Assembly: GCA_030616775.1 (NCBI GenBank) | Contig: JAUWWQ010000019.1 | Location: 1,130-65,129, forward strand | Length of the DNA stretch: 64,000 nucleotides | Source: Planctomycetota bacterium | Lineage (GTDB): Bacteria > Planctomycetota > Phycisphaerae > UBA1845 | Reading direction: 5' to 3' | Part shown: positions 37,692-49,300 of the stretch, one piece after another | Numbering within the stretch: position 1 is the first letter of the stretch | Layout of the letters: each line of letters starts with the position of its first letter | Program-made: the position numbers and the translations under genes | Notes under the pieces: generated by a model | Told to the model about the DNA's origin: nothing | The model's input: the letters and a program-made list of their open reading frames with translations, nothing else | Databases searched by the model: none

Positions 37692-38654
37692 TTAGCGCTG
37701 GCGGATAAGCATACCCCGATCGATCGACCGGCGGTCGAGCTCCGCCGCCGCCTCATTAAGCCAGCGGCGCGCATCGGAGTAGTAGCCGGCAGTAACACGT
37801 ATACCGTCGATCTGCCCGGACCAATAGCGGTTGAACACGTGCATGTACAGCTCGCGCAGATATTTGCTATATATGCTGGCCAGCGCTGTGGGAAGGTGGC
37901 GGCCTTCGCCGCCCGTGACGAACTCAATCTCACAGATCCGCGGTGTTCGGACAAGCCGATAGGCGCTTCGCGTCGCTGATTCCTCGAGAATCTGTAAATC
38001 ATAGCCGCACATGGCGGTCATCAGGGCCTCCCGATAGTGCCTGCGTCCGCCCAGCCGGTCCACGCAGAGGCGGACCCGTTCGCCCGGGGCCGACTGGATG
38101 ATGCGGTCCACAACTCGCAGAGTCAGACCAAGCAGTACCACCGACTTGTTGCGGGTTTTTCTCACCAGCCGGTTGTAATGGCCCTCGGGCAATGGTTCGC
38201 TGAACACACCCGCCAGCGAGACACCCTGCTTAGTGCACTCTCGCCCAATGTCGTTGGCCCGGGTGCCGATGTCACCGACGCCGTCAGCAAGCGGCAGCGA
38301 CACATCTGCGCCGGCATACCAGGGGTACTGGTCAAGCTGTTCGCTTGCTCCGGGGGCGAGTATATCGAGCAACCCCCGCCAGCTTGGCGGTCGAATGCCC
38401 CCAACGGCGAGCATCACCAAAGCCGTGCGCTCCAGGCGCGACAGGCCTCCCGGGGGCCGATACAGTCGCTTGCTGTCCGCAATGACCAGCCTGCGCCCAC
38501 CGCGGTCCGGCGTGGCCGTGCATGTTGCCCGAAGCGTGTCCCATAGGCAGTGATCGAGCTGGCAGTCTGGGACTCGAAACACGGCCCCGGAGACGACAAG
38601 CGGCCCGAGCAGTGGTCCGAACCCGGCTTCATCGATCCCTGCCAAGAGCGCCAA
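37692..38654 (-). CDS. RNase HII-fold protein, atypically long
   Basis: Motifs present are LAGIDEAGFGPLLGPLVVSG (DEAG), IADSKRL, and the C-terminal GGEGRHLPTALASIYSKYLRELYM (D/E-h-x-x-AaASI-AK-RD-like). The start is proposed at a TTG at 38654 preceded by GAAAGGAAG. The track ORF extends to 38996 but would overlap the upstream gene by about 180 nt. Confidence 0.65.
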   Translation of the reverse strand: MALLAGIDEAGFGPLLGPLVVSGAVFRVPDCQLDHCLWDTLRATCTATPDRGGRRLVIADSKRLYRPPGGLSRLERTALVMLAVGGIRPPSWRGLLDILAPGASEQLDQYPWYAGADVSLPLADGVGDIGTRANDIGRECTKQGVSLAGVFSEPLPEGHYNRLVRKTRNKSVVLLGLTLRVVDRIIQSAPGERVRLCVDRLGGRRHYREALMTAMCGYDLQILEESATRSAYRLVRTPRICEIEFVTGGEGRHLPTALASIYSKYLRELYMHVFNRYWSGQIDGIRVTAGYYSDARRWLNEAAAELDRRSIDRGMLIRQR

Positions 38655-38817
38655 CCTGTGCTTCCTTTCGCAATGGAGTCGAATCGAACAATGCCGAACA
38701 GGCGAAAGGACTGTAGGTATAAGAAGATGGAAACGCAAGTTTGGGAAGCAAGCCGCCTGCGGCAAACTCACAGGCAACTCCAGCAAGCGACAAGAAACGG
38801 GCACGTCGTGGGCCGCG

Positions 38818-39633
38818 TCACTTGCCGCCTTGGCACATCGGCTGAAGGGCTTTGAAGAGTTTCTTGCAGACCCTGCCGTTTTGCTTGCGCGGATCGCAGA
38901 GAAACAGCTCACCGCGTTGTTCCGAGACCCCGCGGATGCGCTCCAGCAGCCGTTCGATGCGGCGGAGACATACGGCAGTCTCCAACCCCGTCGCACCGAC
39001 GCTGGGATTGACCACGATAACGTCGCTTTCTACCAGGCCGTGGTAGGGCTGCTGGAGTTGGATGCGCGTCGCCAGCTCATCGCCCAACGGCGAGTAAAGG
39101 AACCCGCGCATCTGGGAGTCGGTCAAATCCGGGCGATCTTCGGACGGGTCCACCTCGTCCTGCCGCTGGTCGGCGAACAGCCCGAAAATCTCCGACGCGA
39201 AGGCGACAGTGTCGTCAAGTACCCGTTGGAACTCCTCGGCCGCACGGGCCGCGTCACGGAAGACCTCCTTGGTGGAACCGGGATTGGGCATCACGAAAAC
39301 GCGATGATCGTAAGGGTAGGCGTGTCGCAAGGCGGGGTCGGCGTCTGCCTCGATCACCACAGAGCCATATCGATCTCGCTTGTAGATGGCCGTTAAAGCC
39401 TCGGGCAGGATCTCGAAGATATGTTCCGCGTCGTACTCCAGCCAGCGGGCACTGGCCACACCGCATTGTGGAGCCCGTTTAGAGGATGTTTTCGGTGGAT
39501 GCTTGTCAGACCCGGCCTTGACCAGCCGGATGTAATGCGGCTCAGCCTTCCACAGCCGGTCGACCATTGCCTGGATGAGCGCGCTCTTACCCGAACATCT
39601 CAGACCGCTCACGAACGTGACGCACAGTCCCAT
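38818..39633 (-). CDS. P-loop NTPase of unknown function
   Basis: 271 aa. A Walker A-like motif SGLRCSGKS lies at the N-terminus, with a hydrophobic strand plus acidic residue (VVIEADAD) as a Walker B candidate. Confidence 0.6.
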   Translation of the reverse strand: MGLCVTFVSGLRCSGKSALIQAMVDRLWKAEPHYIRLVKAGSDKHPPKTSSKRAPQCGVASARWLEYDAEHIFEILPEALTAIYKRDRYGSVVIEADADPALRHAYPYDHRVFVMPNPGSTKEVFRDAARAAEEFQRVLDDTVAFASEIFGLFADQRQDEVDPSEDRPDLTDSQMRGFLYSPLGDELATRIQLQQPYHGLVESDVIVVNPSVGATGLETAVCLRRIERLLERIRGVSEQRGELFLCDPRKQNGRVCKKLFKALQPMCQGGK

Positions 39634-39842
39634 TCTCGCAGATTACTCCCCACCCCGAGCGGACAATCGTCTTGCGAACTCCCCAAGCCGCTCTGCCTCC
39701 ATTTTGATCATAGGCACCGCCTGCGACGGATGCCACATCGTCTTGGGTCGAGCATACATCAAGCCGTGGTCCCAGGAATCCACCATGTCGGGTGCGGATA
39801 GGCGAACCTGGCATGGGCCCGAGACCGCCATATGGGCGGTAC

Positions 39843-40478
39843 TCAGCCCTTCGGCCCCGGGTTAAGCGGTATCACCCGGCTCACCGGCCGGCTACTCTTG
39901 TTCTCCGACGCTCTTTTCAGGGCCAGAATCAGTTCGATCTCACCGGTTGTCTTGCCGACCTCGCGAGCGATCTCAACCGGTGACTTCCCGCTATCCGCAA
40001 GTTCGTAGACCGGAGCGTGCCGGTCGTCCACAATATCGGACTGAGTCGAATGCACTTCACGGGGATCCTCACGGTCCAGAGTGACTTCCTGGGCCAATTC
40101 GCCCTGTGTGGTTCGGATAAGCCGTGACAGCCTGTCAATCCGCTGGTCCGCGTCGCGGATGACTGCCTCGAGCCGTGCAAGCTTGGTGTCAATCCGACCA
40201 TGAATCTGTCGCGAGAGCTGGTCGAGCTCCAGCATGACCTGCTCCAAGTTCCGGGAGGCTTTGACCTCCTCTTGCAGCTCGGCGCACCGCCGGCGGGCGG
40301 CAGTGGGCGAGAGACGTTGCGACTCGCGGATCCGGCGTCGGGTCGAGAGCATTACGATCGCCAGCGCCCCCACCGCAAGGGCGAGCAAGAGCATTTGTAT
40401 GGCGTCGATCCCGCCTGTCTGGGCCACGGTGAGGAGGTGCGCTTCCGGGAAGAATGTCGCAGGGTTTGCCGCATTCAT
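39843..40478 (-). CDS. Hypothetical membrane-anchored coiled-coil protein with C-terminal HTH-like segment
   Basis: 211 aa. It has a TM helix (LLLALAVGALAIVML), a heptad-rich middle, and the segment ADSGKSPVEIAREVGKTTGEIELILALK. Confidence 0.55.
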   Translation of the reverse strand: MNAANPATFFPEAHLLTVAQTGGIDAIQMLLLALAVGALAIVMLSTRRRIRESQRLSPTAARRRCAELQEEVKASRNLEQVMLELDQLSRQIHGRIDTKLARLEAVIRDADQRIDRLSRLIRTTQGELAQEVTLDREDPREVHSTQSDIVDDRHAPVYELADSGKSPVEIAREVGKTTGEIELILALKRASENKSSRPVSRVIPLNPGPKG

Positions 40479-40540
40479 GTTAGGGACACACTGGATCGAC
40501 TCTCACGTCCAATTGGATTCGCCGTCGTGTTAGCTGAGGC

Positions 40541-41719
40541 TCAACCGTTCCGCTTTGCCACCCACGCTGCATTCGCAGCCGCGATGACCTCGCGCAGGGG
40601 TACGTCGTGCTTTCGCGCGGCCGCTTGGCAGTCTTCGTATTCCGGGCTGACGGTGATCACACCATTCCGCTCGCCGACCTTCACGCGTATGTCGCCGAAC
40701 GGTGTGTTCACGGTCACGTGGCGGCGGCGCATCTTTACACGGGCCGCGTTGTGCCGCCGGACGCCGAACGTTGTGGTCTCGGCGAAAAGAAGCCGCTGCA
40801 TTGCCTCTACCCGGCCAGGCTCGCACAGCACCGTGAGCACTACGCCAGTACGCGACTTTTTCATGTGTATCGGCACAGCGTAGACGTCGAGTGCACCCTC
40901 TGTCAGCAGCCGTTCCATGCAGTGGCCGACCACCTCAGGCGAGGCGTCGTCCAAGTTGGTTTCCAGCACTGCGATCTCGTCCGTGTCACCGTCCCTGGTC
41001 GCTTGGCCGATCAGCACGCGGAGCACGTTGGGACGCATCCGCCCCTCCCGTGTGCCTGCACCGTAGCCGATGGAGTCAACGGTCATTGCCGGCAGGGGGC
41101 CGAATTCGCTGGCCAACGTTGTCAGGATTGCCGCTCCGGTCGGGGTGATAAGCTCCCCAGCCTCGTCACACACGGCAATCGGTACACCTTTGAGCAGCTC
41201 TGCAGTCGCCGGGGCGGGTATCGGCATCACGCCGTGGTCACAGGTAATCGTCCCCGAGCCCGTGGGGATCGGCGAGCAGATGACGCGCTCCACACCAAGC
41301 TGATCCATGGCCAGCATCGCCCCCACAACATCCACGATGGCATCAACGGCTCCGACCTCGTGAAAATGCACTTTCTCGACAGTGGTACCGTGAACCTTCG
41401 CCTCAGCCTCAGCCAGTCGTTCGAAGATGCGAGTCGCTCTTGTTTTCGCTGAACCGGGCAGCCCGGAATTCTCCAATATCTCTACAACCTGCTTGAGATG
41501 GCGATGAGGCTGCTGTGCGTGCTCCTTGAGTTCGACATGAAATCGCGTTGCAGCGAAGCCTTGCTTGTTGACCGACTCGATGGAGAGCACATAGCCCCCA
41601 AGGCCCAATGACCCCAGGCCCTCGCGAAGGACGTCGGCGCTCGCACCGGCGTCGATCAGTGATGCAACAATCATGTCACCGCCGGCCCCGCAGAAGCAAT
41701 CAAAGTAGGCTATGCTCAT
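40541..41719 (-). CDS. larC: Nickel insertion protein LarC (DUF111/UPF0272)
   Basis: MSIAYFDCFCGAGGDMIVASLIDAGA, HFHEVGAVDAIVDVVG, and a C-terminal DUF111 beta-domain. Confidence 0.9.
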   Translation of the reverse strand: MSIAYFDCFCGAGGDMIVASLIDAGASADVLREGLGSLGLGGYVLSIESVNKQGFAATRFHVELKEHAQQPHRHLKQVVEILENSGLPGSAKTRATRIFERLAEAEAKVHGTTVEKVHFHEVGAVDAIVDVVGAMLAMDQLGVERVICSPIPTGSGTITCDHGVMPIPAPATAELLKGVPIAVCDEAGELITPTGAAILTTLASEFGPLPAMTVDSIGYGAGTREGRMRPNVLRVLIGQATRDGDTDEIAVLETNLDDASPEVVGHCMERLLTEGALDVYAVPIHMKKSRTGVVLTVLCEPGRVEAMQRLLFAETTTFGVRRHNAARVKMRRRHVTVNTPFGDIRVKVGERNGVITVSPEYEDCQAAARKHDVPLREVIAAANAAWVAKRNG

Positions 41720-42032
41720 GTGCAGCTTCCGTTATTCTTGGGCGTTCAACGCATAATCAAATCCCTGGTCGTCATACTCCTTTTGTAACGCATATGATGA
41801 TCGCCGACCAGTGGTATAAGCCGTGGGCTCAACGTCGGAAAACATCGAGCGTCCGCATGCCGGCGGCGCTGCTTCGCGCGTCGCAAGCGCTATAGCCTGC
41901 GGCCCATGCGGGTGTCGCGGCGCTGACCCGGATGCAGGCAGGTGATTATGTGCACAATCTGGACAGACACTCACGGCCCACAAATGCCGTGAATACGCCG
42001 ATTTCGCCAAGCTAGAGCGATCTCGTTTTCTG

Positions 42033-42064
42033 TGTAGCGGCCGGCCTCTCTGCCGGCCGTAGCA
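42033..42064. repeat. Copy of dispersed hairpin repeat
   Basis: tgtagcggccggc-ctctct-gccggccgtagca has the same stem as the 15.7-kb copies with a different loop. Confidence 0.6.
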
Positions 42065-42263
42065 TCTCGCCTGCGGGCGACCCTGCCATGTGGAACAAGC
42101 CGCTGCCCGAAAACCCAGATCGATCTAGTGAACAAGCCGGCACACATCAGTCACATAACGCCGCGCTTTCAGTCCCAAAGGTTTTTGGTTATCTTCTTTC
42201 TCCGGCACCCCTGGTAACCTGACGTTGACTAGCGTCGTGAATGACGTGGGATAGGAACCGATC

Positions 42264-43256
42264 ATGAGCGAAAGGTACTATGCCGCAGCGTGTCAGACCG
42301 ACTTCCCCTGCCCCAACAAGCGCGACGAAATCGCTGCCCGCACCCAACGGATGTGCGACCTGATCGACCAGACGATCGTCTACTATGAACCGTTTTTCGA
42401 CGTCCGTTTCTTTGTATTTCCCGAGTTCGCACACGCCGCACCGATCTACGACAGCGTCAAGAAGCTTCAAGACCACTTGGCTGTAGAGGTTCCTAATGAA
42501 CATACTGATCGTTATGCCAGTTTGGCCAGAAAGCATGGTTGTTATATCCAGACGGGGACGTTCCTGGAGGTGGATCCGGCCTACCCGGATGTCGTATTCA
42601 ATACGACGGCTTTGATTGGTCCGGACGGCTTGCTCGCCAAGTACCGTAAGATCAACCCGTGGCTTCCTTGGGAACTGCACGCCAGCCCACACGACGTTGC
42701 CGACTATGGCCCGGAACCGTTCCCGGTTGTCGAGACGGAGGTCGAACGGCTGGGGGTGGCCATCTGCTATGATTGGCTCTTCCCGGAGACGATTCGCCAG
42801 ATCGCCTTCAACGGGGCCGAGATCATTGCTCGGGTCTCAGCCTATATGGACCCTTGGGGAGCAACACCGCCTATGGATTGGTGGACGATGTTCAACCGTG
42901 TCCGAGCTGTGGAGAACACGGTGTACGTGGTGGCCGCCAACCAGGGAGCCAGTTTGGAGCACTATCCGCCGTTCAGTTGGCCGGGCGGGAGCATGGTCGT
43001 GGATTATGATGGCCGCATCCTCGCTCAGGCCGATCCCGGACCGGGCGAGAAGGTCGTGGTTGCTCCAATTGATCTTGCCGCCTTACGGGCTGAGCGCAAC
43101 CGGCGCGTCGGCCACGATATGAGGTCGCACCTGCGCAGCGAGATATACGACTATTTACACAAGCCCCGGTTCCCCGGAGCAAGCAGAGACGAACATCCAT
43201 TGACGGATGAGGGCATCCGACGGCGAATCCAGATCGGACGCCGACGCAATGAGTGA
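42264..43256 (+). CDS. Carbon-nitrogen hydrolase family protein (nitrilase/amidase superfamily)
   Basis: 330 aa. The catalytic triad context is FPEF (Glu), YRKINPW (Lys), and AICYDWLFPE (Cys). Confidence 0.9.
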   Translation: MSERYYAAACQTDFPCPNKRDEIAARTQRMCDLIDQTIVYYEPFFDVRFFVFPEFAHAAPIYDSVKKLQDHLAVEVPNEHTDRYASLARKHGCYIQTGTFLEVDPAYPDVVFNTTALIGPDGLLAKYRKINPWLPWELHASPHDVADYGPEPFPVVETEVERLGVAICYDWLFPETIRQIAFNGAEIIARVSAYMDPWGATPPMDWWTMFNRVRAVENTVYVVAANQGASLEHYPPFSWPGGSMVVDYDGRILAQADPGPGEKVVVAPIDLAALRAERNRRVGHDMRSHLRSEIYDYLHKPRFPGASRDEHPLTDEGIRRRIQIGRRRNE

Positions 43257-43320
43257 CCGATTGAAGGATCGATTCGATGACAGGATGTGCCTGTGGGGAG
43301 TACTATGGGGCGAGCCCCGT

Positions 43321-43848
43321 TTAGGGGTGTAAGTCCCTTCGTCGGAGAGCACCAAGCAGCGCGAACCCAACAACCGCCAAAAGCCCCGCGCTGGGCACGG
43401 GGGTTGATCGAAGATCGTTCGGCACGACGGTGGAACGGTGAACGTCCGCGATCGCGATTATATCGACGTTTGGACCAGGGCCACCAGGTGTTGCCTGTCT
43501 GCTCCACGGCACACGAAGACCTGCGACCCACGGAGGATCGATGTCCCCGGACGATAGCGGAACAATGCTGTCAATGGACACGGAGAACGAGTCGGCACCA
43601 CCGCTTTCCGTCAGAGTGAGAAAGCCGTCCAATTGACCCCCGGCCAAAGCCGCGAAACCGCCTTCCTCGGCCCCAAGTAAGCTCGGCGTGGCTAGAGACT
43701 CGACCTGCAACTCGGCACCAGGCCGCGAGCCAACGTTCACCACGGTCCTTGGAGCGTCCGCGAACGCACGAACCGGCCACATGCTTACAGCGATCACTGC
43801 GGCGAACGCTACCAGACTAGCTAACATTCGATGTCGGTTGCCTAACAA
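43321..43848 (-). CDS. Secreted protein with PEP-CTERM-like sorting tail (variant VPSAG)
   Basis: The signal peptide ends in MWPVRAFA. The C-terminus is TPVPSAGLLAVVGFALLGALRRRD (motif - TM - basic cluster). Confidence 0.65.
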   Translation of the reverse strand: MLGNRHRMLASLVAFAAVIAVSMWPVRAFADAPRTVVNVGSRPGAELQVESLATPSLLGAEEGGFAALAGGQLDGFLTLTESGGADSFSVSIDSIVPLSSGDIDPPWVAGLRVPWSRQATPGGPGPNVDIIAIADVHRSTVVPNDLRSTPVPSAGLLAVVGFALLGALRRRDLHP

Positions 43849-44420
43849 TGCTTGATGTCTCTCTGAATCTCAAGTCCTTTCGACGCACCTGCCTACCCGC
43901 CAGACCGGGGAGACACCACTCCATAACCGCACCATACCCCAAACCGGGCAAGGGTTCAAGCGATATTCCGTATGAAGATCAACATTTTTTGCGTCAACAC
44001 CCTGGCCGAAGCGTATCCGGTTCACCACGACGTGCCCGATAACGCCACGTCCCAAAAAGGCACCGTTACAACGCGCTGGCACCGATGGATATGGGCCTGT
44101 GTGCGTCAGAAACTCATACGGAGCGATAAAACAGGTAATTGCTGAACAGCAGATCAGGAAGCCTATCTCCCAGCACGCTTGCCACTGGCCCATTCCAAAG
44201 GGCGCGATTCCGGCATGAGTATGGCCACGCTCACGCAGCTCACATATCCGCCTCCGCTTCCTGTCATGGCGCACTACTCATGGAACTGGCGTACCGGTTA
44301 CCCAGTCTTGTCCAGAATTGCTGGCCGTTCGCATCCGGTTTTGTCGAAATTGCTTTGTCCCCTTGCAGTGTTGCGGGCTCAATGTGCACAACATAGGCAA
44401 ACTGGAAAAGGACGATCAGC

Positions 44421-45614
44421 ATGGACGGTAACAACAGGCTCGAAGCCGCGCGGCCGTGCCGTGGCCTGACGGCTGTCGGATTGTGGCTGAGCGCAGGTTT
44501 TGCGCTTGGAGTTGGCGGCTGTGCGAAGCCGGACCACCGGATGAGTCTAGCCGAGTTTCTCGATGTGCAGCATGCCCGGCTGGCGGAGCGGCAGGAAACT
44601 ATTGAGCGGGAGGTCACCGTCGACCTCGAGCAGCAACTCGGCCCCTACAAGGTGGGCCCCGGCGACGTGCTCATGGTGACCCTCGCCGGGACCGACGGGG
44701 CTGGGGTCATCGCTTCAGTCCAGACCCGCATCGACCGCAACGGGGAAATCGATCTGCCGATCGTCGGTGCGATCCAGGTGGCCGATAGGGAGCTTGAAGA
44801 TGTAGAGGACGCTATTCGGCAAGCCTACGTGCCGTCTGTGTATAAGGAAGCTGTCTGCCACGTTGAACTGGTAGCGGTGGATACCACCAATGTGCTGGTA
44901 GTCGGTGCGGTGGCTGCGCCGGGGCTTGTGCCGCTCCGGCGGACGGAGCGCAACATGCTCTTCGCCATCGTTGGCGCCGGGGGTATTTCCGAGATCGCTT
45001 CGGGACAGGCTACACTTCACCCCATCCGAACTCCGACCGACGAAGTGACCTTGGATCTGACGGATCCGATTCAACTGCGGGATGCCCTTGCGCTTAAGCC
45101 GCTCGAGCATGGGGACATCGTGTACGTGCATGCCGCCCAGCCCAACACGGTCTTCGTCGGCGGGCTGGTCAGCCGACCGGCACCGCAAACCTATCCACCC
45201 GGGACGGGAATCACCGTGCTGCAGGCCCTGGCCGCTGCCGGTGGTCTACGCACCGATGTGGTTCCCAAGGAAGGTACCTTGATTCGGCGTATGCCCAACG
45301 GGGAGGACCTGCATGTCAAGCTGGATCTGAATCGCCTCGCCAGGGGTGATGATCCAAACGTCATGCTCGCAGCCGGTGATATCCTCTGGGTCCCCGACAC
45401 CCTCGAAACCAGGATTCAGGATTTCATCAATCGTAACCTCTTCTTGCGTGGCGGTGTCAGCGTGACCTACAGCGTCACGGGGATCGAGTTCCTCAACCGC
45501 ACCCGCCTACAGTCCAGCAGGTTCGGAGGCGGCTTACAGGATACATTCGATCCTTTGGGCTTCCTGGGTCGCAACACGCTCCTGCAAGGCCTCAGCGCAC
45601 AACCCGCGCCGTAG
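44421..45614 (+). CDS. Polysaccharide export protein (Wza-like; Poly_export + SLBB domains)
   Basis: The lipobox is ALGVGGC. YKVGPGDVLMVTL...RIDRNGEIDLPIVGAIQVADRELEDVEDAIRQAY matches the Poly_export domain, followed by repeated SLBB-like segments. Confidence 0.85.
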   Translation: MDGNNRLEAARPCRGLTAVGLWLSAGFALGVGGCAKPDHRMSLAEFLDVQHARLAERQETIEREVTVDLEQQLGPYKVGPGDVLMVTLAGTDGAGVIASVQTRIDRNGEIDLPIVGAIQVADRELEDVEDAIRQAYVPSVYKEAVCHVELVAVDTTNVLVVGAVAAPGLVPLRRTERNMLFAIVGAGGISEIASGQATLHPIRTPTDEVTLDLTDPIQLRDALALKPLEHGDIVYVHAAQPNTVFVGGLVSRPAPQTYPPGTGITVLQALAAAGGLRTDVVPKEGTLIRRMPNGEDLHVKLDLNRLARGDDPNVMLAAGDILWVPDTLETRIQDFINRNLFLRGGVSVTYSVTGIEFLNRTRLQSSRFGGGLQDTFDPLGFLGRNTLLQGLSAQPAP

Positions 45615-45852
45615 CGGTGAGGCTGCCCGCTGCATCTTCACCGACGACTACCACATCGCTAACTAGGGTGGGTCATCAGACCCACCTATTTGGTCCCTCG
45701 TAGAGGGTATTATCCGTATCTCTATCCCGGCGGATACAAGGCGCACGCAATCTGGTGGGTTCAGAGAACCCACCCTACGTTGCTGTCTACCACCGGAGGG
45801 TACGATCTCCAGGTACAGTTTGACAGGAGACAGCCACGAAGAAACCACGGAA

Positions 45853-45926
45853 GGTAGCGGTCGGACCCCATGCCGGTCGTGGAGAGTCTGGTTGTGGGAA
45901 ATCCTCCGACTGGAAACGGCACTAGA
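45853..45926. repeat. Copy of dispersed hairpin repeat plus second module
   Basis: ggtagcggtcggaccccatgccggtcgtggagag followed by gaaatcctccgactggaaacggcactag. Compare 15759..15868. Confidence 0.65.
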
Positions 45927-46379
45927 AAAAGTCTATAATTTGTTCAACCCAGGCAGTGCCGGTCTCAACTGTCATGTCCAACTGAAGCGTTTTATTAGAC
46001 AACACACAGGATAACCCAACCGTACCCTTGGCTACGCGCACCTTCGCCTCATTATCTCTAATTCATTGCTGTTCGTTCGGCTACCGATCTAAATGACGTT
46101 GGTTCGGTAAGTCGAAGCCGTACAGTTGAGCGTTGCAGATGCGTCCTAGTAGTTTCCGGCAACATCAAATCCTAGCGCCCCAGCGGGAGCAGCAAGGCGC
46201 TCAGACCACGCTAAGAGGTGGCCTGGCAAACCTGCTTCCGTATTCAAGCGCGACATTACCCGGTGTTTCTTATTATTCAAGCCGAAGAGGTCATGTGGCT
46301 CGGTTTATAACGTGAAGAACATGATTCAGGGCGCACATGTCGAGCATCGGGATATTCAACCCTTAACGAGGAGCGAGCC

Positions 46380-49300
46380 ATGCGTTGCATACTCCTGAGT
46401 ATTTGCGTGATAACAGGCATTGTGTGTTGTACTGGAGGCTGCGGCCCAGACGGTTCTCCCACACCCCAGCCCTCGAGCCAGACCGTGGACTACTTTCCTC
46501 ACGCCGCGGCAGCGGGCGAACAATTCGATTCGGACGTAATGCCTCGAGTTGTTGACGTTGACGGTGATTTGATCACCCTCGCGGTCGACGATAGTCAGGC
46601 TGCCGGTTGGGATACCGCGGAGATTGTGGCAACGGAGAACGCCGACGGATCCATAGGATATAAGCTGCTGCTCGGTTCCGTTCCAGTTGACGACAGCCGA
46701 GTGGCAGTGGTTGCCCGGGATCTTGGCCTGCTGGCCGCTGTTGAGCGGGCCGAAGTATCCTTGGAGCGTAGAGTCAAGCTCGGTGGTACTAATTCTTCAG
46801 ATACGAAGACCGCCCCAGCGAAGACTATTACTATCCTTGATGAATCATATGACGATACGGTCGATCTGGTCGATCTTACCGGAACGACAATCTACACCGA
46901 TCCCGGCGGCGCCCTTACGGTCCAAATCGCGGAGGGGTACGTTCACTTCTATCCGGATCTCAATATCGAGCTGAAGATCGACGGCCCGGGGTCGGGTGTC
47001 TTTGACTTGATTACCGGGATTCTGGATGACATCAGAGGCATAGTCAACGGGGTGGCCGACGAACTGCGTCAACTCGGTGACATCGACGGGGCAGTCGATT
47101 CTTTTGAAGAGCTCATCGAGATGTCACGGGCTCTGGATGACACCGCCGAGCTGGGCAGTTCTCTCGAAGCCCTCGCAGAAGCGCTCGTGGATCCAAGCCG
47201 AATCGAGCTGGCCCGCATAAGGATTGCCGGCACACTGGCCGGGAAGTTCACTCTTCAAGCTACAACCACTAGCGAGTGGACAGCGGACGAAAGCGTAGAC
47301 CTCTCGGATGTCGTGGCAGTGCTCCCTATTCGCGTTCCAGTGTCCAGCCCCCTGCCGGTATTCCTGATACTGAACGTCGTGATCAACCTGGACATGCGGT
47401 TGGACGGTCGGCTTGATGTCACAACGGGATTTGAGTTCGAGACGTCGGTCGATGCCACGTTTGCGTTGGAAGACGGCGACTTGACCGTGCCCACGGATGG
47501 TGTCTTCAGCTCGCCGGAGTTTGCGCAGATCGGACCCGAAATCGACGCACAACTCGGCTTTTCAGCGCGTATAGGAATCATTCCTCAGGTGGGCGTATCA
47601 CTGGCCGAGATCCTGGAGGTCACGATCGAACCGGAACTCTACCTGGAGTGTGACGCTGCCCTACGGGGAACGCTGACCTCGGAGGAAATGTGTGTGAGTC
47701 TGGACTGGGACCTTTACGCAGGCCTCGATGGAGACGTCGTGGCCCGCGTCGATCTGCTCGATGTGGAAGAAGGTGCCAATGTCTACTCGTCTCCACACGT
47801 GACACTAGCCACCGGTACGTGGGAGGCGGAGAGTTGTCTGGAGCCTCCTGACGATGGCAACGCTGGTGACGATTATGAGCCGGATGATGATGCCACGCAG
47901 GCTACGTCCATAAGCTCCGGACAAAGCCAGACCCACAGCATAGTCCCTGTGGGCGATGAGGACTGGCTTGCACTCACTTTGAGCAGCCCGTCGGACGTTG
48001 TCATAGAAACCTCCGGCCTGTCCGGCGATACGCGACTGTGGCTCTACGACTCCGGGCTCACGGAAATCGCGTTTAACGATGACGGTGGGGAGGGGACCTT
48101 CTCATATATTGAACATACCGCTCTGCCGAGTGGAACTTACTATATCAAGGTTGATGAGTACAACAATAACGATGAAATCGAAAGCTATGATGTCTCATTG
48201 ACAGCCACCCCGACCGAGGATGAAAACGCCGGTGACGCTTATGAACCCGATGATGAGTGGACGGAGGCTACGCCGATCAGCGATGAACAAGTGCAAACGC
48301 ATAGCATCTTCCCTGTCGGCGATGTAGACTGGGTCCAGTTCACTTTGGATACTGCATCTGACGTGGTCATCGAAACCTCCGGCCAATCCGGCGACACCCG
48401 ACTGTGGCTGTACGACTCCGACCTCACTGAGATCTCTTCCAACGATGACGGCGGCGACGGCATGTTCTCTCTGATCGAACAAGCCGAACTGCCGGGTGGC
48501 ACTTACTATGTCAAGGTGACTGAGTACAATAACAACGACGAGATCGAGAGTTACACCATTTCCCTGTCGGTAACGGTGATAGAGGACAGCGGTAGCGGAG
48601 TCGTATCCGGCTTGGTGATAGATGCCGTCGGTCGGGATCCGCTGTCAGATGTCACTGTATCGGCATACCACAATGGTGCATTGGTTGAACAAAGCACCAC
48701 GGGATCGCCCGGGACATTCTCCATCCAGGTTCCCGCTGCAGACGGATACCAGGTAACGGTGTCCAAGACAGATTATCTGAGCGAGACGTATTATGACATC
48801 GACGTCACAGTTGACCAGGAGGTGTACCTGGAGCCCATCCTGCAGATTGCCAGTGAGTATGCCGGGACTGGTGATTTTGGCGGCCAGGTCATCAACGCCT
48901 TCGATGGTACCGGCGTCAGCGGGATGTCGATCAACTTTAGGCGCGGGGTCAACGCAACGACTGGCTCCATCGTGGCAACGGCGACGAGTGGCTCACAAGG
49001 TGAGTACAGCGTCTCCGATCTCGAGGCCGGTAGTTACACCGGCGAGATAAACGGTTCGGGCTTTCTTACTTCTTATTTCACCGCTGTTTGCATGGGGGGA
49101 ATGACCAATGCAGGCCAGGACGGTGAGGTGACTCCGCTTCTAGACCAGGGTGAGACCCGCATCGTGCTTACATGGGGTGAGACGCCAAGCGACCTGGATT
49201 CGCACTTGACCGGTCCAACGTCCGAGGAATCGCGATTTCACGTCTACTACGGCAGCAGGACATATGCCTACGACGGCGTGACCTACGCCGATCTGGACTT

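Noticed and set aside
41732-42010. A 92-aa minus-strand ORF immediately upstream of larC.
   Set aside because: No recognisable motif is present. It overlaps the dispersed hairpin repeat region, and its start is non-ATG. It is treated as leader/intergenic sequence.
43870-44274. A 134-aa minus-strand ORF between the PEP-CTERM gene and the Wza-like gene.
   Set aside because: The composition is Cys/Trp/Arg-rich and odd. There is no start context and no domain. It is likely non-coding promoter/leader DNA for the divergent genes.
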